From Fibrobacteria bacterium (GTDB lineage: Bacteria; Fibrobacterota; Chitinivibrionia; Chitinivibrionales; FEN-1185), in the NCBI GenBank assembly GCA_037447435.1, contig JBBIGR010000025.1, positions 1 to 64,000 on the forward strand: a stretch of 64,000 nucleotides of DNA, read 5' to 3'. Positions within the stretch are counted from its first letter, which is position 1, and each line of letters opens with the position of its first letter. Positions 30,340 to 40,169 of this stretch are shown here, piece after piece. The notes under the pieces are model-generated. The model was not told the origin of the DNA. It did no database searches and saw only the letters and a program-made list of their open reading frames with translations. The position numbers and the translations under genes are program-made.

Positions 30340-31713
30340 ATGAATGAATTTTCAAAACTAGCCTTAAGTCCTGCAATGATTTCAAATTTGGATAAATTAG
30401 GCTATGTCTCAATGACTCCCATACAGGCAGAAAGCATTCCCAGCATTCTCAATAAAAACGATGTTTTAGCTCAAGCCAAAACCGGCAGCGGAAAAACCGC
30501 CGCATTTGCTATCGGCGTTTTGCAAGACCTGAATCCGTCATATAATCAAGTGCAGGTTCTGGTTTTATGTCCAACACGGGAGTTGTCGGACCAGGTCGCA
30601 GTGGAAATGAGAAAACTTGCCAGATTTGCAAACAATATTAAAATTCTTACCTTATGCGGCGGAACGCCAATAAAGCCGCAAACTCTTTCTCTGGAACATC
30701 GGGCCCATATCGTCGTCGGCACGCCCGGTCGTATCGGAGACCATTTGCGAAGAGGAAACCTTATCCTTGATTATTGCAAAACCCTTGTCTTGGATGAAGC
30801 CGACCGTATGCTCGACATGGGATTTGAGGATGAAATAAACGAAATTGTTTCATTTGTCCCGGAAAACAGGCAAACGCTTTTGTTTTCCGCTACCTTTGCA
30901 GACCCAATCAAGGTTTTAAGTAAACGATTCCAAAACAACGCAAAAGAAATCACGGTTGAACATATTCATAAAACAACCGTTATCGCCCAACGTTTTTATG
31001 AAGTGGAATGGGAAAACAAGCTTTTCGCAACTGCAAAAATACTGTGGTCATATAAACCCGAATCCACGCTTATTTTTTGCAACACCAAACAACAATGCCG
31101 GGATCTGCTTGAATATTTGACTAAAACCAAGTTTCACGCCCTTTGCATCAACGGGGATCTTGAACAAAAAGAACGCACCGAAATGCTGACATTGTTTTCA
31201 AATCATAGCGCGTCGATACTCATTGGAACCGACGTCGCGGCCCGAGGTCTTGACATAAAAGATCTGAGTGCAGTCGTCAATTTTGACTTGCCGTACGATC
31301 CCGAAAGTTACGTCCACCGCATCGGCAGAACCGGCCGGGCCGGAAAAGAAGGACTCGCGTTTTCACTGATGACGCCGAACGAAACCCATAAACTCGATGA
31401 TATCAACCGTTACCAGAAAACAAAATTCAGACCTGAAACCACCGATGGATTAACTGCTTCCGGAGAATCTTTATTACCGCCGATGATGACCATTTCAATA
31501 AACGGCGGACGTAAAAGCAAAATTAGACCGGGCGATATTTTAGGTGCGCTCACCAAAGAAGCGGGATTTTCCGGTTCAAAAATAGGGAAAATTGATATTT
31601 TCGAATTGTTTGCATATATCGCGGTAGACAGAACAATTGCGCAGGAAGCGATACAAAAACTCATGTCTATTCCGATTAAAGGCAAACGGTTTATCGCACG
31701 CCTTCATGAATAA
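30340..31713 (+). CDS. dbpA: ATP-dependent RNA helicase DbpA
   Basis: AKTGSGKT, PTREL, DEADRMLDMGF, SAT, HRIGRTGR and the C-terminal GGRKSKIRPGDILGALT DbpA RNA-binding domain. Confidence 0.93.
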   Translation: MNEFSKLALSPAMISNLDKLGYVSMTPIQAESIPSILNKNDVLAQAKTGSGKTAAFAIGVLQDLNPSYNQVQVLVLCPTRELSDQVAVEMRKLARFANNIKILTLCGGTPIKPQTLSLEHRAHIVVGTPGRIGDHLRRGNLILDYCKTLVLDEADRMLDMGFEDEINEIVSFVPENRQTLLFSATFADPIKVLSKRFQNNAKEITVEHIHKTTVIAQRFYEVEWENKLFATAKILWSYKPESTLIFCNTKQQCRDLLEYLTKTKFHALCINGDLEQKERTEMLTLFSNHSASILIGTDVAARGLDIKDLSAVVNFDLPYDPESYVHRIGRTGRAGKEGLAFSLMTPNETHKLDDINRYQKTKFRPETTDGLTASGESLLPPMMTISINGGRKSKIRPGDILGALTKEAGFSGSKIGKIDIFELFAYIAVDRTIAQEAIQKLMSIPIKGKRFIARLHE

Positions 31714-31770
31714 TGATTTGTTTTCATTTAGTTTCTAAAGTCCTCAAATCTATATGCCGATACATTAAAA

Positions 31771-31870
31771 AAAGGAACCCGGAAGCTTTAGCACCTCCCT
31801 TGTGTGCGTCTGTTCACTCATAGCTTCCCCAAGTTTGCGGGTGACGCAGAAATCGCTATAAGGGTCCTTT
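31771..31870. ncRNA. Candidate structured intergenic RNA (unassigned)
   Basis: Nested complementarity AAAGGAACCC/GGGTCCTTT, TAGC/GCTA, TGCGTC/GACGCA; no family motif recognised. Confidence 0.35.
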
Positions 31871-31876
31871 CCCATA

Positions 31877-31912
31877 AGAAGGCAGATGTCATAATCTGCC
31901 TTCTGTATTTTT
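31877..31912 (+). terminator. Intrinsic terminator-like hairpin
   Basis: AGAAGGCAGAT-gtcata-ATCTGCCTTCT perfect 11-bp stem followed by GTATTTTT. Confidence 0.65.
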
Positions 31913-32119
31913 CTACCCGCTATCCCCTTTTTTATATTAATATTTTTTATTTTACGAGAATTTGTGTTTAAACGTAATTTAAAGAGCAATTCATAAATAT
32001 GGCGACTCATAAAGCCTTTGTCGACTGAATAACAATATTTTTCCGGCTGACTACCTACCTACCCATTACAGTGGATATGAAGTCTGTCGTTTAAACCTAA
32101 AAAAGATTGGGAATCATCT

Positions 32120-34522
32120 TTGAAGCAAACCATTCTTCCCATTGCAATGGTATTCCTGTTTTTAGCGGCTACTTTTACCAATGCTAAAACAACAAATAAA
32201 TACGGGAGCAGTGCACAAACAATTTCAACAGGTCTGTCGTCAACCGCAGCAACAGCAGCCTTTGAATCCAAATTCACTCCCTATTTTTCCTTCCGTACTA
32301 CTCATTCGACGATTCGCGGCAACGTTATTGCGCCAAAAGACGAAGATCTGTTCTTTCTGGCTAAACATTGGCAACTTTTATCACCCTCGTTTAAATCGTT
32401 GTACCTCAAAGCAACCGACTTGCCGTCGGGCTGGCAAACCTATGATTCACCGGGAGGACATTTCCAAATAATTTATTCCCTTACCGGAATCGATTCCGTG
32501 AACAAGGCGGACAGTATCGGGTATTCGAAGGACAGCTGGCGTATCAGACAAAGTGTCCCAAACGGAATACCGGATTACGTTGATGAGGTCGCTTTTGCCG
32601 CAGACAGCGCATGGTCGATGGAAGTCGATAGATTCGGTTTTAACAAACCGATATCATATGCGACCTCGAATTATCCGTCCGCCCGATACAAAATTCTCAT
32701 AAGAAAATTCGACGATATTACGGAAAGCGGGTATTACGGACAAACCTATCCTATGGCCTTATCCGGAAACGGTAAGGGATACAGCAGCTATTTTGAGCTT
32801 CGGAGCGAATGGTGGGTAGATCAAAATTGGCAGAAACCGGGTGCGACGAATTACACTCTGTATCCGGAAAATGCCGCCCGGGTAACTTGCATGCATGAAT
32901 TTTTCCATTCATGTCAATATGCAATGATTTGGCAAGAGATCGGGAATGTATTGCTCGATGATTTCCCTATCGCTTGGATAGAGGCGAGCGCGGTTCTCAT
33001 GGAGAACCTCGGTTTTGACTATATCAATGATTTTTTGCAATATGTTTCGAGTTTTTTCGGCAACATTCAGATGAATTCTTTCGGATATCCGCCGCGAAGT
33101 TCAATGCTCACCGACGGCCCAACCGAACTTGACGGTTATACCAATTCCATTGTGACAATATACCTTTACGGATATGCCTACCAACAGCCCGGAATCGGAT
33201 TCATAAAAGACATGTTCGTGCGAAATTTTCAAAATGTAACGCCATTTCTAAATAATTTGAGAGCTTCCGCCGCAAGCGGCGGAAGAAACTGGTGCGACAT
33301 TCTGGGTGCATTTTTCCAATCAAGCTATTATACGGGATCACGGGCACTTCCCAACCGTTTTATCGCCGAGGCGTCGCTTGTTCCCGATTCCTGGTCGTAT
33401 GCTATCGACGGATCCGACCAAAACACCAGCATTGCAAAAAATGTTGCAAGTTTCGGTATGAATACTTTTGCCGTTACCAACAGCGGAAATTCGGCGGGTA
33501 GCCTCAAAATCGATTTTGCCGGTGATTCATTGCCGCAAAGCGATACCGACACAAACCCCGTTTGGAGCGTAAACTGCATTTTGAAGCATGATAATATTCC
33601 GTCCCATGATTCGCTCTTTTCGATGGTGCTTTCCGGCAAAAACAAGGGGAATGCCGTCATCGGCGCCTGGCCGAATTTCAAGGAAGCACTTGTCATCACG
33701 ACAAACGCAAAAAACGACCATACCCGGAAAGCGTCGGTTTCATTTACGACTTGCCAGGTTTCAATTACAAAAGGAAAACAGGGACTCTACTCGGCCGAAG
33801 GAATTTCCTCAGGTGCGCCGAATGCATTGGTAAACGTAACAGCAAACGAAGACCTTTTTTGCGATATGACAATAGCGCGAAAATCGCCGACGCAGCAAAT
33901 GACGGATACGGCAACACTGTCGGCGCTGGCATCAAGCGGAACCATTTATGATATTTCCTTTCCCCAAACCTGGCCATCGATGTCATCCATGAGTCTTACG
34001 ATTAAGGAATCGTATTCCGCGGTCATGAAAATTGCCGATACCAACAAGTCGGTACAATCGTCATTCTCTATTTTCCAGTGGGACAATACAAAAAAACATT
34101 GGACAATGATCGATAATGTCGTATCCTCATTCGCGGATTCCGAATTTCAATGGCAATGCCAATTATCCGCTCAGGGTTTGTACGGGGTTTTTGGACCGCT
34201 TGTCAATGGTCCGAGCCCAACCGTGGATGTGTTCCCAAACCCGATACATACCAAAAGCGGCAACGTCGTAAAGATACTCGGGCAAAATATACTCGAAGTC
34301 TGGATTTCCACCGTCGACGGCCTGCTTATTTCTCACGGAATAAAAGGCAATGCCGCGTTGGGCCATAGTCTCACCGAAGTTGGCAGCGGTTTTTGGTGGA
34401 AATTGACAAACAATGCAGGCAAGCCCGTTTCTCCCGGCGTATACCTTGCGGCAATCGGGTATAAAGATACAACAACAAAAGGAATGAAGAAAAAAATTCA
34501 AAAGATATTCGTATTGCCCTAA
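32120..34522 (+). CDS. Secreted putative zinc metalloprotease (MXAN_6640-like) with T9SS/FlgD-like CTD
   Basis: Signal peptide; NGIPDYVDEVA; HEFFH (HExxH) plus downstream WIEASA; C-terminal VFPNP...STVDG...NNAGKPVSPGVY. Confidence 0.72.
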   Translation: MKQTILPIAMVFLFLAATFTNAKTTNKYGSSAQTISTGLSSTAATAAFESKFTPYFSFRTTHSTIRGNVIAPKDEDLFFLAKHWQLLSPSFKSLYLKATDLPSGWQTYDSPGGHFQIIYSLTGIDSVNKADSIGYSKDSWRIRQSVPNGIPDYVDEVAFAADSAWSMEVDRFGFNKPISYATSNYPSARYKILIRKFDDITESGYYGQTYPMALSGNGKGYSSYFELRSEWWVDQNWQKPGATNYTLYPENAARVTCMHEFFHSCQYAMIWQEIGNVLLDDFPIAWIEASAVLMENLGFDYINDFLQYVSSFFGNIQMNSFGYPPRSSMLTDGPTELDGYTNSIVTIYLYGYAYQQPGIGFIKDMFVRNFQNVTPFLNNLRASAASGGRNWCDILGAFFQSSYYTGSRALPNRFIAEASLVPDSWSYAIDGSDQNTSIAKNVASFGMNTFAVTNSGNSAGSLKIDFAGDSLPQSDTDTNPVWSVNCILKHDNIPSHDSLFSMVLSGKNKGNAVIGAWPNFKEALVITTNAKNDHTRKASVSFTTCQVSITKGKQGLYSAEGISSGAPNALVNVTANEDLFCDMTIARKSPTQQMTDTATLSALASSGTIYDISFPQTWPSMSSMSLTIKESYSAVMKIADTNKSVQSSFSIFQWDNTKKHWTMIDNVVSSFADSEFQWQCQLSAQGLYGVFGPLVNGPSPTVDVFPNPIHTKSGNVVKILGQNILEVWISTVDGLLISHGIKGNAALGHSLTEVGSGFWWKLTNNAGKPVSPGVYLAAIGYKDTTTKGMKKKIQKIFVLP

Positions 34523-34645
34523 ACCGGTTTTAATGGTATAGTTATATCGTCAAATCCGTTGTTTTCTCCTTCGCCATCGTTTCGGAGGACATACGCAACC
34601 GGATAGTTTTAACCGAGATTTCGTTTTCCATACAAGGCATGCCGT

Positions 34646-35176
34646 ATGATAAAAGCCATTGTGACTATCATATTTTTTTCATCACTATCAATCGCTTTTG
34701 CAAAACCGCATCTCAATTCGGTCGTTTCGATTGCCAACGAACGCGTTTACATCGCACCGTTTAAAGATTCGTCCTCATTGCAACATGCGGATGGCTGGCC
34801 GACCGACAAACCGTCGCAATCCCTGCTCGCGGTTCATTTCAGAGAATGCTACAAGGGTCTTTTTGCGGAATTGAAACGATGTGAGAAATTCGGCTATTAC
34901 GAAGCTGTCGAGGATTCTGCCGCGGCAACCGTTCTCATCATGCTTACCTTGCAGCCTTGCCGGCTTGTTCATGATTCGCTTATCATTCCCGTGAACGTCG
35001 AACTGCAACATAAAACCGGGCTGGACACCTTTAAAAAACGGGTTATTGCATGCGGAATTTACCGGGCTAAAAGTAACTCCAAAAGCCCGTTTCACAAACT
35101 CAATTATTTGCTTGCCGATTTTCGCCGCCACTTCCCCTATTCTGCGGTTATTGCATTCTTTTACGCAAAACAGTAA
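34646..35176 (+). CDS. Hypothetical secreted protein
   Basis: Clear signal peptide MIKAIVTIIFFSSLSIAFA; fills the gap between flanking genes. Confidence 0.6.
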   Translation: MIKAIVTIIFFSSLSIAFAKPHLNSVVSIANERVYIAPFKDSSSLQHADGWPTDKPSQSLLAVHFRECYKGLFAELKRCEKFGYYEAVEDSAAATVLIMLTLQPCRLVHDSLIIPVNVELQHKTGLDTFKKRVIACGIYRAKSNSKSPFHKLNYLLADFRRHFPYSAVIAFFYAKQ

Positions 35177-35335
35177 GCTCCCTTTCGGCACGTTCCTTGT
35201 AGGCTTTTTGTTTCCCGGCCATTTTTTCAAAAATAAAGACCGGCATTCAGTTTTTATTTGACTGATTCGATTTTTTAATTGTATTATTAAGTAATCAACC
35301 ATTCCCTATTTTGACAAATAAAACAAGGACGATCC

Positions 35336-36490
35336 ATGAGCATATTCCTGGAAACCCATGGCGACTATGACGTTTTTAAGCTAAACGGAGAGGTGAAAGT
35401 CAACCTGATCCCCGAAATTTCACCGCGCTTGGCAAAATATATCCAAGGCAATCCGGAAAAAAACCTCATTCTCGATTTGTCGATGGTTGATTTTATTGAC
35501 TCAAGTACGATAAGGATGCTGATAAATTTGCATAAGCGATTGGAACCGCAGCAAAAAAAGCTTTGCCTCCTGTCGCCGTCTTCGGCAGTGAGCAAAATAA
35601 TACAGGATGTGAAACTGGACAGCGTTTTCAGCATCGTTTCATCGACATCGGAAATCGAAAAAGAGACTACTCGGTCATTTTTCCAAATGTATTCGAGATA
35701 TACGACAAACGATAACGATCTGTTAAAGCTCAATTGCACCTGCGCGGTTTGCGGATCTTCGGACGTGCAGGGATATTTGATCGACGAGAACGCTTATGAT
35801 TGGAGTTGGGAAAACGAATCGCTTTTCCCTTCAAGCACAATCAAAGGAACCCAAACGGAATTCGACGTTCTTTGCATGACGCCGATCGTATGTATGAATT
35901 GCTATATGTGCTCGCTTTCCGTAACGCAATTCAACACGGTGGGGACCGACGCGTTGCCCGCCGTCTCGTCGCAGCTTTCGGAAATGGCCAAACAATTGCT
36001 TTCAAAGGGTGCAAAAAGCAGGAAAAAAATCATGGAAGATTGCATAGTCGTATCCGACAAGTTTTTCCTGTACCCGAGGAAAAAGCTCACGACGTATTTC
36101 TGCTTGCGACTGGCAGAGGCATGCGCCCGATCGATGACAACCTTAAAATTACCGTCGATTCCGTTTCAAATTGGCTATTTGAATTATTTGACAGTTCAAT
36201 ACGCGAAATTGGAAGAGAAAGAAGAACTTATCGGCAATATCAGAACCTGGATGAGTCAGGTTATTTCAGAAAAGCAATTATATAAACCCACCGAACTTTC
36301 AAAAGCGTTTTTCGTGCTCTGCGCCGCAGCCATATCCCTGGATAAACCCAAAGAAGCCATTAAACTTTTTGAGGACTTTACCGCGTTCGCGCATTCGATT
36401 TCCGCAGACGTGAATAAAACATCCACCAGTATAAACGATCCGGCATTCTGGTTTGCGCAAGGACAACGGATTTGCGAAAAGCTGTCTTAG
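35336..36490 (+). CDS. STAS (anti-sigma antagonist) domain fused to a DUF2225-like Zn-ribbon/helical domain
   Basis: LILDLSMVDFIDSSTI STAS motif; CAVC...CMNC cysteine pairs; helical C-terminus; AAGGA RBS. Confidence 0.7.
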   Translation: MSIFLETHGDYDVFKLNGEVKVNLIPEISPRLAKYIQGNPEKNLILDLSMVDFIDSSTIRMLINLHKRLEPQQKKLCLLSPSSAVSKIIQDVKLDSVFSIVSSTSEIEKETTRSFFQMYSRYTTNDNDLLKLNCTCAVCGSSDVQGYLIDENAYDWSWENESLFPSSTIKGTQTEFDVLCMTPIVCMNCYMCSLSVTQFNTVGTDALPAVSSQLSEMAKQLLSKGAKSRKKIMEDCIVVSDKFFLYPRKKLTTYFCLRLAEACARSMTTLKLPSIPFQIGYLNYLTVQYAKLEEKEELIGNIRTWMSQVISEKQLYKPTELSKAFFVLCAAAISLDKPKEAIKLFEDFTAFAHSISADVNKTSTSINDPAFWFAQGQRICEKLS

Positions 36491-36543
36491 ACGGAATTGC
36501 AAGAACGCCAGGAACACGTCGCTTATTGCAGTGAACACTCCGG

Positions 36544-37059
36544 CTATTTTTTTGATACAACGGAAATAATGACAAAAGCCTGCATGCCCAATCCCTTACC
36601 AAAGGCCGTTAACCCTTCGCCGGTCGTGGCGGTTATTCCGATTTGATTAACCTGTAAGCCGCATAAAGTTGCCAAGGATTCTTTCATGGCTTCTATATGT
36701 TTTGAAAGTTTAGGCCGCAAAGCTTCGATGGTGACGCTTACATGCACCAGAGAATATGCTTCAAGGGTTTGTAATGCTCTTTGGAGATATGCTTTACTAT
36801 CGGTAATTCCCTGTCCAAGACACAGGTCGTCGGATATTTTTCCGAGAATATTTATGCCCGAAACGCCCGAGATAGCGTTAGTCAACGCATGAAGAACGAC
36901 ATCGGCATCGCTATTGCCTTTGAGTCCGAGGCTCTCCGGTATCTCGATACCGGCAAGAATCAGTTTTTTTTTGGAGCGGGAGGATTCGAAACGATGCGAA
37001 TCCTGGCCGATGGCGCTTTTGTATTCGGGAATGAATGTTTTTATCGTTCTTTTTGCCAT
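36544..37059 (-). CDS. ispF: 2-C-methyl-D-erythritol 2,4-cyclodiphosphate synthase
   Basis: IGQDSHRF (DxH), GNSDADVVLHA, RPKL, GITATTGEGL; ATG 37059 lies 1 nt after the upstream stop. Confidence 0.92.
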   Translation of the reverse strand: MAKRTIKTFIPEYKSAIGQDSHRFESSRSKKKLILAGIEIPESLGLKGNSDADVVLHALTNAISGVSGINILGKISDDLCLGQGITDSKAYLQRALQTLEAYSLVHVSVTIEALRPKLSKHIEAMKESLATLCGLQVNQIGITATTGEGLTAFGKGLGMQAFVIISVVSKK

Positions 37060-37060
37060 T

Positions 37061-39610
37061 TTATTCCTTGGTGTCGAGTTTATTCTTAACGCTTCCAAGA
37101 GAAAGCATCAGCTCGCGGATGGATTCGTCTACCTTGTCGAAGAAAATATTGAACCGGTTATGAATGCGTTTCAGATATTCCAACAGGCTTTCGGTTTGAG
37201 CGGAATTAAGATTAAGGTATTTGTATTTCTTTTTCTCGTCGGTAAGCAAGGTTATGGTTTGCGACAAGGATTGCAATGCCTCGATATTGGTAAGAGAGGC
37301 GGACAAGCTGTCGGTTTTTTCTATGAGCGTATCGTAATCCGACTGAATAGCCGAAGAAATTTCCGCTTTTGCTTTTTGCGCAAGCGAGGATTTGAGCGTT
37401 GCCATTTTTTCTTCCACAACCACTTTATATTTTTCGTCAAGTTCTTGTTTGATCGAATGAACGGTTTCACCGTAAATTTCGCCGCGCAAAGCGGTCAGCA
37501 TTGCTTCCCGCTCTGATATTTTCAATTGTTCGGCAACTTCGTGCCGTAATTGTCCGGTTTCCTGTTCGATGATCTTTTGCTTTTGTTCTTCGATGATTTG
37601 CGATCGTAACTCGATGTTTACACGGATATGTTCTTCCTGTTTGATCTGGCGAATTGCCTCTTCCCGGATTTCATCTTTGTCTTTTTGTGATAGCCCTCCC
37701 CGGATTTCCTGTGCCAACAGCACCCGTTGTTCCGACTCGATTGAAGCCCGCTCCTTTTGCTCGAGCTCAGTACGTACCGTTTCGATCAGGTCCATTCTTT
37801 GACGAATTATTATCGCATCATTTTCCTCATCGAACACCTTTTTAAATGCCTTTTGCCGTAAATCCTGCCGTGCATTTTCGATGTGGGATTCAAATTCTTC
37901 ATGAAGCAGCTTTTCATGCAATTCGCCCGATATTTTTGCCCGTTGCGCTTCGAGAATAGATTCGTATTCGGTGCTTCGGATTTTCTGGGTAATTTCATTT
38001 TCAACGTCAGCTTTTGCTTTTTCCTCAAACGAAGCACCCATCGTTTCCACTATATGGCGATGCGCTTCGGTAGCGACCGCGTTTCGGGCAGCTTCGATAA
38101 GCGATTCCATTTCTTTCTCCAAGACCTGCTGACGTATCGCCTTTTTCAAGGAATCGACTTCTGTTGTGTAAATTTGTTCCCGCATTTCATCGGTAATCGT
38201 TTTTCTGAATTGTTCGGCAATTTCAGAAAGCACTTGTTGTTTGGCGCGCCGTTCCATGTCACCCTGATCGCCAGATTCTTCTGCCATAGCCCTGTTTGCA
38301 ATGCACGGCGACACATCGTCGGAAACGGTCTCTTTTAAATCATTTGGGGCAATAGCGGGATTTTCTCCATTTTCGAGTGGAAGCGGGTCGCTGCTTTCCA
38401 AGGGTGCGTCAACGAGCTCCGGGTATATAGGTTGTTGCTCATTGAAAAAAGGCTCTTGGGGCAACACATCATTCCGGACATCTACGATAGGATCGTCTCG
38501 ATGCGATTGTAATTGCGGAATTTCGGCATACGAAGGCCTATCGGTTTCGAATGACGGGGCTTCGGAAGTACCGGAAGGAATGGACAGTTCTTCTTCGATG
38601 ACACCGCGGTCTTCAATGATACTCCCTTCCTGGTGTTCGGGAGAAACGACTTTGATTTTCTTCATTGACCGCATAGTCGCGATGATAAGCCACGATAGAC
38701 CTGCGATAACGAGAATTGCAATTGTTCCGGCAATTTGTAGAAACATTGAGCCATGCTTTCTTTGATCATGTATTCGGGGCGACGAAAATGATGGTACGGA
38801 ATCTTCCATTACTTCGGCAGCGGCGTGCGTTTGAACGGACCGATGCATTTGCACCGGCATCGATTTTACAGCCGGCGTATCGGTCTTGACAGCCGTGTCT
38901 TGTGCCGCAGTATTGTTTATGACTCTTTCCAATGGTTTTGCTTTTTTCCTTGCAGGAAAACGCAGGATGAAACGTTGTTCTCCGGGAATCCGCATATCGG
39001 TCTCGTCGAAATTCGCCGGGGTATGGGTTGCCGACGAAAAGCAGGGCACACCATCACACATGATTTGAATCGGCGTTTTTTCCTGGGATGCGAAATGAGA
39101 AAATACCCACGTAAAATCGATCGTAAAGGCAATCACCCCCGCGAATCTTCGTTTCCCGTCGGTCATTGCTATGGATAGAGGCTGGCTCCACTGCGCATAC
39201 CATTTTCCATTTTCGCGATACAACGTGCCGTGAAAAGCTTCCTGGGTGGATTTCGGCGTCGCGAACCAGGGTGTCTCCGAAACATCAACAACATGTTCGG
39301 CAACGCTGTCGGTTTGCCGGCCGCAATTGACAACCATCCCCTTTGAGCTCGTCCGGCGGATGCATGAAACAGCCGGATTCGACTTGAGGAGCGTTTCGAT
39401 CACTTCCCTGAACGGATCCACTTCCTTCATTCGCGCTTGCGGTAAATTTGCACAATGCACCAAAACAGAATCGAGACGTAAAAACTGCCGTTCAACAACC
39501 GACTTTTCTACGGACCATGCGACATCCGTGAGAAAGAAAAGAAAGGCAAAAAACAGCGTAAAGAACAAGCAAGGAAGTCTGGCGCTCGATTTGGGATTCT
39601 GCGATTCCAA
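37061..39610 (-). CDS. Membrane protein: Cache-like extracytoplasmic domain, TM helix, acidic linker, long coiled coil
   Basis: N-terminal hydrophobic segment; DVSETPWF...SQPL...FAGVIAFTID resembles Cache domains; TM IAGTIAILVIAGLSWLII; E/K/R-rich helical repeats. Confidence 0.65.
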   Translation of the reverse strand: MESQNPKSSARLPCLFFTLFFAFLFFLTDVAWSVEKSVVERQFLRLDSVLVHCANLPQARMKEVDPFREVIETLLKSNPAVSCIRRTSSKGMVVNCGRQTDSVAEHVVDVSETPWFATPKSTQEAFHGTLYRENGKWYAQWSQPLSIAMTDGKRRFAGVIAFTIDFTWVFSHFASQEKTPIQIMCDGVPCFSSATHTPANFDETDMRIPGEQRFILRFPARKKAKPLERVINNTAAQDTAVKTDTPAVKSMPVQMHRSVQTHAAAEVMEDSVPSFSSPRIHDQRKHGSMFLQIAGTIAILVIAGLSWLIIATMRSMKKIKVVSPEHQEGSIIEDRGVIEEELSIPSGTSEAPSFETDRPSYAEIPQLQSHRDDPIVDVRNDVLPQEPFFNEQQPIYPELVDAPLESSDPLPLENGENPAIAPNDLKETVSDDVSPCIANRAMAEESGDQGDMERRAKQQVLSEIAEQFRKTITDEMREQIYTTEVDSLKKAIRQQVLEKEMESLIEAARNAVATEAHRHIVETMGASFEEKAKADVENEITQKIRSTEYESILEAQRAKISGELHEKLLHEEFESHIENARQDLRQKAFKKVFDEENDAIIIRQRMDLIETVRTELEQKERASIESEQRVLLAQEIRGGLSQKDKDEIREEAIRQIKQEEHIRVNIELRSQIIEEQKQKIIEQETGQLRHEVAEQLKISEREAMLTALRGEIYGETVHSIKQELDEKYKVVVEEKMATLKSSLAQKAKAEISSAIQSDYDTLIEKTDSLSASLTNIEALQSLSQTITLLTDEKKKYKYLNLNSAQTESLLEYLKRIHNRFNIFFDKVDESIRELMLSLGSVKNKLDTKE

Positions 39611-39679
39611 TACGAATTCTCCAAAAATAATAAAAAGGTTTCCTTATAATTATACGTTGGTTTCACCCCTAAGTGCACC

Positions 39680-39708
39680 AAAAAAAAAGCCGCATCAGAG
39701 GATGCGGC
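39680..39708 (-). terminator. Intrinsic terminator of the cold-shock gene
   Basis: GCCGCATC/GATGCGGC stem followed on the minus strand by a T9 run. Confidence 0.85.
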
Positions 39709-39756
39709 AAATCTGCTAGGGACGATCTATTTGTCAAGAATGAAAATAAACCCGCA

Positions 39757-39966
39757 TTAAGAGGCGATCGGCGTTACGTCCTTGGCATTCGGCCCTTTCT
39801 GATTCATCACGATCTCAAATTGTACTTTTTCACCTTCTTTAAGATCTTTAACGCCTTCACCGACGATAGCGGAAAAATGCACGAACACGTCTTTGGAACC
39901 GTCGTCGGGTTTGATGAATCCATACCCTTTTGATCTGTTAAACCATTTCACATCCCCTGTCGCCAT
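39757..39966 (-). CDS. Cold-shock protein (CspA family)
   Basis: [18 protein letters not shown]...[12 protein letters not shown]1/RNP2 motifs; AGAAAGG RBS before ATG 39966. Confidence 0.95.
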   Translation of the reverse strand: MATGDVKWFNRSKGYGFIKPDDGSKDVFVHFSAIVGEGVKDLKEGEKVQFEIVMNQKGPNAKDVTPIAS

Positions 39967-40169
39967 AAACAAACCTTTCTGAAAATTTATAATACCATAA
40001 CCAGGCAACCAAAGTCGCCCGTTCATAATATTGTTTTTTCCGTTGTGCCCGGTCAAGGAAAAACAACGAATGAAATGCTTATACAAAATAAATTGTTGCT
40101 TGGAGCGGCTTTCGGTACCGAATTATCTTTTAAAGGCAACGAAAACATTCTCAAAACAGGACAAAAATC

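Noticed and set aside
31765..32010. 81-aa minus-strand ORF; also SRP or 6S RNA identity for the structured element
   Set aside because: The ORF has no recognisable motif. The element lacks the SRP CAGG...GGAA...AGCAG helix and is much shorter than a typical 6S RNA.
34545..34615. Leader hairpin (ATCCGTTG...CAACCGGAT, CTCC/GGAG) as a riboswitch
   Set aside because: No aptamer consensus recognised; weak pairing that could arise by chance.
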